Positions 51,481-64,000 of a stretch of DNA of 64,000 bases are shown here, piece by piece (within the stretch, counting starts at the first letter, position 1; every line of letters begins with the position of its first letter). The notes beneath the pieces are model-generated. The model worked only from the letters and a program-made list of their open reading frames with translations. It did not search any database and was not told the DNA's origin. The stretch is from the human T2T-CHM13v2.0 reference genome, Homo sapiens. The stretch is taken from the NCBI RefSeq assembly GCF_009914755.1, contig NC_060926.1; one strand, given 5' to 3'. The translations under genes and the position numbers were made by a program.

Positions 51481-52671
51481 CATGCTAAATGTTTAATAAA
51501 TATTTATTATTATTTTTGAAATAGTAATAATATTGTGCACCTTGATATTAGGGGAATGAGTGTAGATGTATGATTTTTATTTTAATTTGCTTCAATACTC
51601 ACTTTGGGTGTGGTGAGATAATCAGATCCTGTATACATACTTTGATTTGTAGCTTGGAAATAAACAGAAAAATGAATCTAAACTTTAACTCATGCAACAA
51701 ATATTTAGCAAGCACTTTTGATAGGCCAGGTACTCATTTCAGCATTAAATATAAGGTAGTGAATGTGAAAAGTACCTATGCTAATAGAAATTTAAAATTC
51801 TAGTCTGATTCCTCATCAATGAAATAAAATGATTAGATTGGATTGGATTGGCAATAGGAGATATCTAGTTCCTTATCACTATAGGAATATGTGAGACTAT
51901 GGTTACGTGAAGTGTTATGCTGTAATATGAGTAGGAAGACTCAAAACTAGAACATATGGCCACAATTTGACATGCAGTAGAGGGCCAAAACAAATTTTTA
52001 ATTGGTGCAAGAAGAGTTACACTTTAAGAAAGAAGTTTAACTGGGAAGCATTCTGTTGGACAAATTGAATTTGGGATTTTTACAGATAGAAATATCACTC
52101 ACCCAAGGATAGGAAATGGTGATCACTGGTGTGGCTAGAAAAGGCGAGAACCTTTAACACTCTTGGAAACTATACAGAGATGTAATTCATGGTATAACAT
52201 GTGGCTGAAACAGGCAACCCTTCTAGATCTGGGCTTGATTTAGTTTTCTTTTTTTTTTAAAGTCTGTGTGGATATTTGCGTATATAAATAGGAAGATGTG
52301 TATTATTAAACAACTTTCATGTTAGGTGCTCAAGAAGAAGGTGGCATGGAATCATGAGAATTAAGCATGAAATCATCTTTTTTATTCCTTCACCCAGGAC
52401 CAGGTGGGGAGGCAAGAAACACCATCTATACTAGGACATAAATTGTACCTGGAAGCTAGCTCACCATGCATTGGGCTTAGTGTGTACCAAGTTACTATAC
52501 ATGGTCCCCTAGGAAACACCTGACCTTCCTGCACTATATTTTCTTGGAAAGACTGCCCAGGTTACAACACCAGTCCTATGGAAGCAACCACAGTATTGCA
52601 GCCAGGGTGGAAGACTCTTGTCTGACAGAGGCTGCTTTCCTGAGATCTTTTGGACTAAGAAACTATCCCTG

Positions 52672-53102
52672 GGCCAGGCACAGTCGCTCACCCCTCTAAT
52701 CCCAACACTTTGGGAAGCTGAGGTGGGAGGATCACTTGAGGCCAGGAGTTCAAGACCAACCTGGGCAACATAGCAAGACCCTGTCACTACAAAAAGCAAA
52801 TTAAAATTAGCCACACATGGAGGTGCATGTCTGTAGTCCCAGCTACTAGCGAGGCAGAGATGGGAGGATACTTGAGTCCAGGAGTTTAAGGCTACAGTGA
52901 GCCATGATCACGCCACTGCACTCCAGCTTGGGTGACAGAGACCTCTCTCTCTCTCTCTCTCTCTCTGTCTCGCTCTCTCTCTCTCTCTCTGTCTCTGTCT
53001 CTCTCTCTATATATATATTTATATTTATGTATGTGTATTTACATATATAAGATAGACATATATATATATAGAAAAAGAAAGAAAATTAAACAAAAGAAAA
53101 GC
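52672..53102 (+). mobile_element. AluJ(o)-like element with a compound (CT)n/(AT)n microsatellite in its tail
   Basis: GGAGGATCACTTGAGGCCAGG, CTGGGCAACATAGCAAGACCCTG; TSD AAACT(A/G)TCCCTG at 52660-52671 and 53103-53114. Confidence 0.93.
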
Positions 53103-53479
53103 AAACTGTCCCTGAGGGGCTTAAAGCAATCAATAAGGAGAAGATTCTGAAGAGATAGACTAGAACCTCAGAATCACTTGATTTGAATGAAAGGAAAGTG
53201 ACTTAATTCTTTATCTTATGCTGATAAGTGGGACATACTGATTAAATTAGAATGGAGGTCTAATAGTGATAATATAAAATTCTATGGGATCATAGTTTCA
53301 AGCAATAGCAGTATTAAGGTGATGTTGATAAAATTTTTGGAGTGGTAATTCACTCTTTATGGAGTAAGAACTACCACATATTTTAACAGCTAATTTATTT
53401 TATGTTTTAGGGATATGGGTTTTGTCAATTTTTGTCATCATATCCAGTGTGCCTTTTCAAATACTGCACCATTTATTTA

Positions 53480-53770
53480 GAATTTTGTCAAATCTCCCCA
53501 CTGATCTTCCTGGCAAAAGCCCGTTCGTCTTTGAAATCTGGCTCAGGTGTGACCTCTTTCGGGAGTCTTTCACAAATTATGCCAGAAAGAATTAAGTCCT
53601 CTTTCTTCTTTATTACTTTGATAAATAATGTGCTTTTTATCATTGCACTTGCTGCACTGTATTTTATTTTTCCTGTGAGTTTAAGCTTCTCAGTTATGTT
53701 CATGTCAGAATCTTTACTGCCAATCATACTGCTCATAGAAGGTGTCTGATAAGTATTTAATGAATGAATA
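53480..53770 (+). mobile_element. L2 3' end
   Basis: TCTGGCTCAGGTGTGACCTCTTTCGGGAGTCTTTC...TGATAAGTATTTAATGAATGAAT. Confidence 0.6.
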
Positions 53771-53771
53771 A

Positions 53772-53970
53772 AAATTCAACAAAAATATATTGATCATCAC
53801 TTATATGCCAGCTATATAATATCAGCACTGTAGCTACAATAGTGACTAAAAGAGTTATGATCTTTGTCTCCATAGAACTTGTAGTCTCTTGAGCTGTTAG
53901 ACAAATAAAATGGCAATTACAACCTGTTATGATAAGCATATATCTAATTTATATCTGTGGAAGCACATAA
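53772..53970 (-). mobile_element. L2 3' end, opposite orientation
   Basis: ATTCAACAAAAATATATTGATCATCACTTATATGCCAG...CATAGAACTTGTAGTCT. Confidence 0.6.
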
Positions 53971-56900
53971 GATGAGTGTGTCTCCTGTGTCTAAATATTT
54001 GAAATTATATGTTTCTATCTTAAAAGTAATGATACATTCAGAAAGCAATTAATATTAAAGTTAAAGAGAAAAATGGCTAGGACTGTAAAATCTGAATATT
54101 AAGCTTTATTTTTGAGTGTGTTATTTGTTTATAACATTAAAGAATCTTTTGAATCCAAGTAAATAAAAATATGTCTTTTTCCATGTGAACTGGACTAATA
54201 ATTCTTGGGCAATGTAAGACTCACAGAAGCAAGATGCGATAGCTTATCATATAAACTCAAGATGTAACTTAATGTTGTTCAGACATGGTTATTTAGTAAT
54301 TTTTAAGGACTTTAGGGAAAAATGCAGTTTTTAGGAATGCATTTTTAATTTAAACACTTTAGGAATATAGCAAAGCTCTCTGGGCATATAATGTGACAGT
54401 CAGGAGACTTCTACCACAGCCTTTCTTCCCAAAAAAGTACCAAGAAATTGTACCCCACTGCACCTTAGTTTTCTTATTTCCTTAAATACTTTTGGCATAA
54501 CCAATTCTATAAGCTGTAGCATAGAGAAATATTTATTTATTAGTCCATCAATAATTATATATACATTTTAAATTAGGTATATGTAATAAGGATATCTGTG
54601 TGCGTGTGTCTTATATACTTCAGCACTTTTTGCTACGGGTGCATATAGAATACGAATAGAATTCTTTTTAGTCAAAATTACATGAGAACACTTCTTAAGA
54701 GCAGCAATGGACATGTTGATTATTATTTTTAACTTAGTCTGCTCGATACATTTATATATATATATGTATATATGCATAGTCTGCTTAATGTGTTATACAT
54801 CATGACTTGCAAATAGAAATGAAGCTATGAATTGCTACTCTTGGCCAGTGGTGTTTATCAGGAGGTTTTTCAGAGGTAAAAACAATGTGACTTAACATAT
54901 ACATGTTTGCATCATTTCAGAATAAGTTCTCTGAATTTGCATAGCCAAATTTTAATCATGATTATTGCTATCTCTAAGTGTTTTTTCTCACATTTGGAGT
55001 ATATTCAAGATTATATTCAAAATTAGATGATGCCTTATATTATAAATATAAAAAAGAAAAGCAATATGACAGGTTGGTGTTTTGATTCTAAATGATACAG
55101 CATAATACAATGAAATATGTTAACAGAAAAAAATTCTGAAAAATTAAAGGATTTCAGCTTCTCAAGATTATCTTATTTGTTGTTTCAATTTAACGTGCAT
55201 CTTGTACAGGTGTGCTGACATGAATTCTGATTACTTTGTTGACTAAAAAAGGAAATATCCAATTTAGATGAACAGTTTCCTGTTAAAAAGGTGAATGTAG
55301 AGTATCAGATTGCACATAACACAATCCCATAAGTAACTTACTGTTTTGTCTTCTCTTTTATTGTTTCATATAACAACTTATTGATAAAATGTAAATGAAA
55401 TAATAGAGTACCTGTTGCTATTATATTATTTAGAAAATATTAAGCTCTTTTCACTGACAGAGACCACTGAAGTACCTGAATTGTGGCCATAAAGAAATGT
55501 GGCTGATTTTTTTTCACCTTTAAAAAACATTCTATATATATAACGAGTATAAATACAGGCTTCTTATATGCATGTAGTGTGTAGTGGTGAAGTTGAGGCT
55601 TTTAGCACACCCATCACCCAAACAGTGAACACTGTACCCAATAGATAGTTTTTCAACCCTCATCCGCTTCCCAGACTCCCAAGTATTGTCTCTAATGCCT
55701 ATTGTACCACTCTGTATATCCATGTGTACCTATTATTTAGTTCCCACTTATAAGCCAGAAAATGTGGTATTTGACTTTCTGTTTCTAAGTTATTTCAATC
55801 AGGATAATGACCTCCACTTCCAACCATGTTGCTGCAAAGGATATGATTTCATTCTTTGTTATGGCTGAGTAGTATTCCAAGGTGTGTGTGTATATACATG
55901 TATATACACACACACAAACACATGAAACATTTTCCTTATACAGTTCTCTGTTAGTGGACATTTAGGTTTATTCCATATATTTGGTATCGTGAATAGAGCT
56001 GTGATAAAATATGAGTGCAAGTATCTTTTTGATATAATGATTTATTTCCTTTTGGGTATATACCCAGTAGTGGCAAAGGTGGATTGAATGGTAGTTCTAT
56101 TTTTAGCTATGCGAGAAATTTCCATACTGTTTTCCATAAAGGTTGAACTAATTTACATTCCCACCAACAGTGAATAAGTATTCCCTTTTTTCCACATCCT
56201 TGCCAACATCTTGTTTTTGGCCTTTTAATAAAAGCCATTCTGAGTGGTATAAAATGTTATCTTGTTGTTTTAATTAGCATTTCTCTGATTATTAGTGATG
56301 TTGACCATTTTTATTCATGTTTGTTGGATACTTGCATGTCTTCTTTTGAAAAATGTCTGTTCATGTCCTTTGGCATTTTTTTTAAATAAGTTTTTTTTTT
56401 TTCTTGTTGAGCTGCTTGAGTTTCTTATAGATTCTGGATATTGGTCATTTATCTGATGTATAGTTTGCAAATATTTTTTCCCGTTTTGTAGGTTTCCTGT
56501 TTACTATGTCGTTAGTGTCCTTTGCTGCACAGAAGCTTTTTGGTTTAATTAAGTCCCATTTGCTTATTTTTGTTTTTGTTACATTTGCTGTTGAAGACTT
56601 GGTCATAAATTCTTTGCCCAGGCCAATATCCAGAAGGGTTTTCCCTAGGTTTTCTTCCAGGAATTTTATAGTTTCAGGTGTTATGTTTAGATCTTTAATC
56701 CATTTTGAGTTAATTTTTGTGTATAGTGAGAGGTATGGGTCCAGTTGTTTCATTCTTCTGCATATGGCTAATTTTCCCAGCACCGTTTATTGAATAGGGT
56801 ATCTTTTCTCCAGTTTGTATTTTTGTTGACTTTGTCAAACATCATTTGGTTGTAGGTACATGACTTTATTTCTGGTTCTCTATTCTGTTCCATTAATCTA

Positions 56901-59470
56901 TTGCCTATTTCTATACCAGTACCATACTGTTTTGGTTACTCTAACCTAGTAGTATAATTTGAAGTTGCGGAATGTGATGCCTCCAACTTTGTTCTTCTTG
57001 CTTAGATTGCTTTGGCTATTTCACTTCTTCTTTTAGTTCCATATAAATTTTAGAATTGTTTTTTCTAATTCTGTGAAAAATGATGTTGGTAATATCATAA
57101 GGATTGTATTAAACCTGTAGATAGTTTTGGGCAGTATGGTTATTTAAACAATATTGATTCTTCCAGTTCATGAGCATAGAATGTATTTCCATTTGTTTAT
57201 GTGATCTATGATTTCTTTCATTAATGTTTGTAGTTATCCTTATAGAGAGAACTTTCACCTTCTTGGTTAAATATATTTCCAGATATTTTTGTAGCTACTG
57301 TAAATGGTATTGTCTTATTGATTTCATCCTCAGCAAGCTGATGATTGGTATGTAGAAATGGTATTGATTTCTGTACATTAATTTTGTATCTTGAAATTTT
57401 GGTCAATTAATTTATTGAATCTAAGAAGTTTTTATGTGTGTGAAGTCTTTAGGGTTTTCTAGATATAAGATTATATCATCAGTAAACAGGGATAATCTGA
57501 TTTCCTTTTTTCTATTTTGTATGCTTTTTATTTTTTCTCTTGTATGATTGCCCTGACAAGAATTTCCAGTAATAGGTTGAATAAAAGTGAAGAAAGTGAG
57601 CATCTCTGTCTTGTTGCAGTTCTTAGAGGGAATGTTTCCAATATAATGTTGGCTATGGGCTTGTTGAATATTGCTTTTATCATGCTAAGGAGTGTTCCTT
57701 CTATGCTAGTTTGTTGAGAATTTTTATCATGAAAGGATGCTGGATTTTATCAAATGCTTTCTTTGGGTCTATTGATTTGATCGTATGGACTTTGTCCTTG
57801 ATTCTGTTTATATGATGTATCACATTTATTGATTTGCATATGTTAAACCATCCTTGCATACCTGGGATAAATTGCACCTGATCATGGGGTATTATCTTTT
57901 TGATGAGCTGCTGGATTTGATGTCCTAGTATTTTGTTTAGGATTTTTTGCATGTAATTTCATCAGGGATATTGTTCTGTAGTTTTGTTTCTTTGCTGTGT
58001 CCTTTCTGATTTTGATATTAGGGTGATATTGTTCTCAGATAATGTGTTAGGGAGAATGCCTTCATCAATTTTTTGGAATTGTTTCAGGAAGATTGGTGTT
58101 AGTTCTTTGTATGTTTGGTAGAATTTGACTGTTCTGGGCCAGAAAGTCCACCTGGTCCTGGGCTTTTTTTTTTTTTTTTTTTTTTTTTTTTTGAGAGAGA
58201 GAGATTTTTTATTTCTGATTCACTCTCGTTCTTCATTATTGGTCTACTCAGGAATTTTATTTTTTTCTGGCTCAATCTCAGGAAGTTTTCAGTTTCCAGG
58301 AATTTATCATTTTCCTCTCGATTTTCTAGCTTGTGAGCTTACGGTTGTTCATAATAGTTTCTGATGATCTGTTGCATTTCTGTAGTATTAGTTGTACTGT
58401 CTCCTTTTTCACTTACAGTTGTATTTATTAGGATCTTCTGTCATGTTTTTGGCTAGTTAGTGATTTATCAATTTTATTTATCTTTTTTCAAAGAATCAAC
58501 TTTTCATTTTGTTTATCATCTTTAATGGTCCATATTCATTTTGTTCTGCTCTGATCTTTGTTATTGCTTTTGCTCAGCTAATTTGGGGTATGGTTTGTTC
58601 TTGTTTTTGTAGTTTCTTGAGGTGTGATGTTAGGTTGTTTATTTGTGATCTTTCTAGTTTTTTAATGTAGGTATTAAATGCTATAAACTTCCCTCTTAGC
58701 ACTGTCTTTGCTGTATGTCACAGGTTTTGGTATTTTGTATTGTGTTTTCATTTTCATTCATTTCAAAAGTTTTAATTTCCATCTTAATTTCTTCATTGTC
58801 CCAGTGGTCAGTCAGAAGCATTCTGTTTAACTTCCATGTATTTGTGTAGTTTCTGAAGTTTCTTTTGGTATTGATTTCTAGCATTATTCCACTATTGTCT
58901 GAGAAGATACTTGATATGATTTAAATTATTAAAAAATTTGTTAAGACTTGTTTTATTACCTAATACATGGTCTATCTTGGGAAATGTTCTATCTGTTGAT
59001 GGAAAGAATGTATATTCTATAGTTGTTGGGTAGACTGTTCTATAAATGTCCATTAAGTCCATTTGGTATAAAGTCTGATTTAAATCCAATGTTTCTGTGT
59101 TAATTTTCTGCCTTGATGATCTGTCTATTGCTGTTAATGAGGTGTGGAAGTTCCTCAGAATTATTGTACTGCTGTGTATCTCTTTCTTTAGGACTAGGAA
59201 TATTTATTTTATGAATTTGTGTGTTATGATGCTGGCAGCATATATATTTAGGATTGTTCCTTTGCTGAATTGATACCTTTATCATTACATAATGACCTTT
59301 GCCTTTTATTATCATTTTGATTTAAAGTCTGCTTCATATAAGTATAGCTATTCTTGGTTGCTTTTGTGGAATAACTTTTATGACGTTTTTACTTTCAGTC
59401 TGTATCTGTCTCTATGGGTAAGGTGAGTTTCTTGCAGACAGCATATAGGTGGAGCTGGATCATGGTTTTC

Positions 59471-60925
59471 TTTAATTTTATTTATTTATTTATTTTTTAC
59501 TTTAAGTCCTGGGGTACATGCGCAAAACGTGCAGGTTTGTTACATAGGTATACACATGCCATGGTGGTTTGCTGCACCCATCAACCCATCATCTACATTA
59601 GCTATTTCTCCTAATGCTATCCCTCCCCTAGCCCCTCACCTGCCAACAGGCCCTGGTGCGTGATGTTCCCCTCCCTGAGTCCATGTGTTCTCATTGGTAA
59701 ACTTCCACTTGTGAGTGAGAACATGCGACATTTGGTTTTCTGTTCCAGTGTCAGTTTACTGAGAATGATGGTTTCCAGCTTCATCCATGTCCCTGCAACA
59801 GACATGAACTCATCCTTTTTTATGGCTGCATAGTATTCTGTGGGGTATATGTGCCACATTTTCTTTATCCAGTCTATAATTGATGGGCATTTGGGTTGGT
59901 TCCAAGTCTTTGCTATTGTGAATAGTGCTGCAATAAACATACATGTGCATGTGTCTTTATAGTAGCATGATTTATAATTCTTTGGGTATATATCCAGTAA
60001 CAGGATTGCTGGGTCAAATGGTATTTCTGGTTCTAGATCCTTGAGGAATTGCCATACTGTCTTCCACAATGGTTGAACTAATTTACACTCCTACCAACAG
60101 TGCAAAAACGTTTTTATTTCTCCACATCCTCTTCAGCATCTGTTGTTTTAATGATCGCCATACTAACTGGCATGAGATGGTATCTCACTGTGGTTTTGAT
60201 TTGCATTTTTCTAATGACCAGTGACGATGAGCTTTTTTTCATATGTTCATTGGCTAAATAAATGTCTTCTTTTGGGAAGTGTCTGTTCATATCCTTTGCC
60301 CACTTTTTGATGGTTTTTTTTTTTTTGTAAATTTGTTTAAGTTATTTGTAGCTTTTGGATATTAGCCCTTTGTCATATGGATAGATTGCAAAAATTTTCT
60401 CCCATTCTGTAGATTGCCTGTTCACTCTTATGACAATTTCTTTTGCTGTGCAGAAGTTCTTTAGTTTAATTAGATCCCATTTGTCAATGTTGGCTTTTGT
60501 TGCCATTGCTTTTGGTGTTTTAGTCATGAAGTCTTTGCCCATGTCTATGTCCTGAACGGTATTGCCTAGGTTTTCTTCTAGGGTTTTTATGGTTTTAGGT
60601 CTTACATTTAAGTCTTTAATCCATCCTGAGTTAATTTTTGTGTAAGATGTAAGGAAGGGATCCAGTTTCAGCTTTCTGCATATGTCCAGCCGGTTTTCCC
60701 AACACCATTTATTAAATAGGGAATCCTTTCCCCATTGCTTGTTTGTGTCAGGTTTGTGAAAGATCAGATGGTTGTAGATATGTGGTGTTATCTCTGAGGC
60801 CTCTGTTCTGCTCCATTGGTCTATATATCTGTTTTGGTACCAGTACCATGCTGTTTTTGTTACTGTAGCCTTGTAGTATAGTTTGAAGTCATGTTGCGTG
60901 ATGCCTTCAGCTTTGTTATTTTTTT
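59471..60925 (-). mobile_element. 5'-truncated L1PA7/8-like element nested in the L1PB
   Basis: 3' end ACTTTAAGTCCTGGGGTACATG...GCCATGGTGGTTTGCTGCACCCATCAACCC...CCCTCCCCTAGCCCC; ORF 59617-60069 is the L1 ORF2 C-terminus. Confidence 0.95.
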
Positions 60926-61879
60926 CCCTTATTTTTGTCTGAATCGATTATTTTAAAAGACCTGTCTTCAAGTTTTGAGATTCTTTCTTCACTTGGTCTA
61001 GTCTATTATTAAAGCTTTGAACATATTTTGTATTTCCTTCAATGATTTTTTGTTCCAGAATTTCTGCTTACTTTTTAAAAAAAATATTTATCTGCTGGGA
61101 AAAATTTTTATTCATGTCCTGAATTGATTTTCTGATTTCCTTGCATTGCTTTTCAGATTTCTCTTGTATCCCATTGAGCTTCTTTAAAATTAATATTTTG
61201 AATAGTTTTCTGGCATTTCAAGGGATTCTTTTTCATCGGAATCTGTTGCTGGGCAACTCTTTTAGTCCTTTGGTAATGTCATATTTCCCTGCTTTTTCAT
61301 GTTTCCTATGTCTTCCTGTTGTTATCTGTGCATCTGGTGTAGCAATTGGTTGTTCCAATGTTTCAAAATTACTTTTGTAGGGGAGAATTTTTTCCTAAAA
61401 ATGTGTTTGTGCTGTTGGTTAAGTAGGATATTTTGTTTTTGATTTTGGGTGCCTGTGATAGTGTGATCTTTGTATGTTTCTTTGGCAGTACACAATGTCA
61501 GTGGTCTTTATTATTTTCTTGGTGGTTTAGAGTACAGTTATTAGTTGAAGTCATGGCAAAGTTTTGCTGGGGCCTATGAACAACAACTGAGCTAGTCTTT
61601 GGGTTCCAGTTGTGGCATCAGTGGGGCAAACATGCCTTATTTTAGGCCCCAGAGCAGCTTACACTATTTCTGGTTTCAGTGTGTGGTGGAGGGCTGATTC
61701 TTGGGCCTGCTGGTAGCTTGCTTAGAAGCTATAGAGGGAGTAGGGAACCAGGTGTGGGCAGGCTCTGAGGCCCCTCAGCAGCTAGTCTTATGTGGGTGAT
61801 GACAGTAGCAGTGATCGAGCAACCCACTGGGGCCCAAGCCTTCTGTGTTGGTGTTCCTGGTAGCTGCAATGAGTTGGGC

Positions 61880-62990
61880 TGGCTGGCTAGTCTTCATTCC
61901 TACTGCCACCTATAGCAGGGTGGTGGGTATTGTACTAAGTGTGTTTAGGAGAGCTTGGTCGTCCCTTCCCTTCCCCAGCTGGGTGGTGGCTGCAGTTGTG
62001 ACATGTCAAACTCAGCCCAAGAGCAGACTACAGCTCAGTGTTAAACTCACAAAATGGTGCCAGCTGTGGGCTTGTGTCTAGAGGATGCCCCACCCCTCCA
62101 GCAACCCCCACACCCACAGTCAGATGAGCAGCAGGGGCATGAAGCTGTTAAGTGTGTGGCCCACTCAAGTCTCAGTATCACAGCAGCCTGTAGCAGGGTG
62201 GTGGGTACTGTCCTAAGTAAATATAGAGGAGCTTAGTTTCCTTGTGCCTCCTTAGCCAGGTAGTGGCTGCAGACACGCCAACTCAAACTTGGTCCAAGGG
62301 CAGGGCACAGCCCAGCATTAAACTTACAAAATGGTGCAAGCTTTGGGCTTGTGACCAAAGAGTGCAAGATCTCTTTCAGGGGGGGCAGCATAGGCAAGAA
62401 GTTGTAGAGAGTGTGGTCTGCTCTAGTCTTGGTTTCACAGCAGTCCAAAGCGGGTAGTGGGTATTGTCCTATGTGTGTGTAAGAGAACATGGTTTTCCTG
62501 ACTCTCTTTGACCAGGTGATGGCTGCTTCAGCATTAAACTCTCAAAATGGCTCCTTGGGCCTCCAACCATGGAGAGCAGGGCCCTTCCCAGGTAAGCAGC
62601 ATGAGCAAAAATCTGTGGAAAGTGCAGTATCCTCACATCTCAGTCTCACAGCAGCCCATTGCTGTGGGTATCATCCTAAATGTCCATAGCGGGGCCTGGT
62701 TTCCTTGACCCTCTCTGGCTGGGTGGCAGCTGCAGCTATATCAGCCCAATTCAACCTGAGGATGGGGCACAGCCCACTCTTAAATTCTCAAAACAGAACC
62801 TTGAGGCTGAAGCCAGAGAGGGTGGGGTCCCAGGCAAGCAGTGTAAAAAGCTGCAGGGAGTACAGTCCATTCATGTCTCAGTCCCAACAGCAGCTCACAG
62901 CAGCGTGGTAGGGACTTTTCCAAGGGTGCACAGGAATGCTCAGTACCCCCTCTCTCCTCTCTCTCCTTGGAGCAGTGCAGCAACAGCAGC
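61880..62990 (-). repeat. About five diverged 210-280 bp tandem units in the L1PB 5'UTR
   Basis: Recurring AGCAGGGTGGTGGGTA(T/C)TGT-like motif near 61914, 62192, 62449, 62661 and 62899; AAACTCACAAAATGGTGC-like motif near 62043, 62320, 62536 and 62782. Confidence 0.8.
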
Positions 62991-64000
62991 CAGGTCTGTA
63001 GATCCCCAGTATCTAGACCCTTGAAATGGCGGCTGGCTGAGGCTGCTCTAGTCTTGCTTGCCTGTGAGATTCCATGTAGATTCCCTTTCTGGAGCAACAT
63101 CTCTGTGCAATCTTTTGGAAGAACCAAGGCCCTAGTGGGTCAAGGGTTTCTCCTGTAGCCAAGATCATAAAAGCCACACCCTAGGGGTTTCTGTCTTACT
63201 GTTTTCTTGTGTCCAGGAGGTGTTCCTGGCTCTCAGTCAGTCCTCGGCTGGGCAATCTGCCTTGAAGCCTCTCCTTACTTCTCGTGTTTCCTGTCCCCTT
63301 TCTGGTGAATCATGGCATTCTCTCCTAGCCAATCTGTTTGAAATGTATCTACTTATATTCTGGTTCCTTTCTATGGAAGAGGCATATACTACCTGTGTTT
63401 AATCAGTCATCTTCTGATTTTTTTTTGTTTTTAAATCACTTAACCTAATAAAGGATCCTTATGTCACACTACTTAACTAGAATGATTTCCATTGCTCAAT
63501 TTTGAAATTCAGATTTTGAAACTGTCTTCAAAACTATTTTTTTCTGGTAGTGTATTTTTTAGTTATTTCAATAAGTAGTGACACCAACCATTTTTAATAC
63601 ATAGTAGAATGTTTAAAAGCTAGCATTTTAATAAGGTACAGAAGGGCTGAAACTCTATAATACTGAATTAGGATAAGGCAGTGCTGAAGCAACCCTACAT
63701 TCATAAGACTAATCCTACTATTTCTGATCTAGAAGTACCTTTGTCTCCAATGTGTAGAGAACAGTTTTGGTTTTAGACACACATAAAAGTCACTTAAGGC
63801 CAAAGCTGGTGACATCGGGGTTTAAAAAAACCTAAAGATAACAATTTTAATTAAGAAAACAATAGAAGTAAAGAAATCTGACAATCAAGAGATATTTTGT
63901 GTATCTCTTTAATTCCCAAATGGGGTTTTAAAAGCACATTGAGCTCCTGACTTTCAGTGGGCCATATGAGAATCTTCAGGTAGGTTGAAGGTGGAGTTGA

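Larger units (their letters stand above)
55515..63413 (-). mobile_element. Near full-length L1PB-type LINE-1 (5'UTR, partial ORF1, decayed ORF2, 3'UTR), interrupted by an L1PA
   Basis: L1PB3/4-like 3' end GTAGTGGTGAAGTTGAGGCTTTTAG; ORF2 pieces 56445-56783, 57701-57952 ([21 protein letters not shown]) and 58696-59315 (endonuclease); ORF1 piece near 60930-61200; AAGATGACTGA 5' terminus; putative TSD CTGATTTTTTTT at 55503-55514 and 63414-63425. Confidence 0.9.

Noticed and set aside
58164-58204. Long T run followed by GAGA, resembling an antisense Alu end
   Set aside because: No Alu body follows; it is an expanded internal T tract of the L1
59617-60069. 150-aa ORF
   Set aside because: It is the L1 ORF2 C-terminus of a truncated element, not a host gene

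Overview
AT-rich, CpG-depleted mammalian genomic DNA, almost certainly human because it carries a near-consensus AluYb8 at 20509-20816. It looks like deep intron or intergenic sequence. I find no supportable protein-coding gene, tRNA, rRNA or CpG island. Every ORF I can recognise derives from a repeat: Alu, L1 ORF2, ERVL pol or a hAT/Charlie transposase. Much of the window is layered transposable elements. These include seven Alus, a TSD-flanked near full-length L1PB broken by a younger L1PA, an L1MB, a short L1PA3-like insert, a two-LTR HERV16/LTR16 provirus, a Charlie transposase fossil, MER115, MER5A, and many MaLR LTRs, L2s and MIRs. Three non-repeat signals stand out. The first is a recursive-splicing-like site on the minus strand (pyrimidine tract-CAG|GTAAGT at 28455-28500). 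The second is a 26-bp segment apparently copied from 26729 into MER115 at 29002. The third is an apparent L1-insertion-associated deletion inside the L1PB. Subfamily names come from recalled consensus sequences, and boundaries without a TSD are approximate. All need RepeatMasker/Dfam confirmation.
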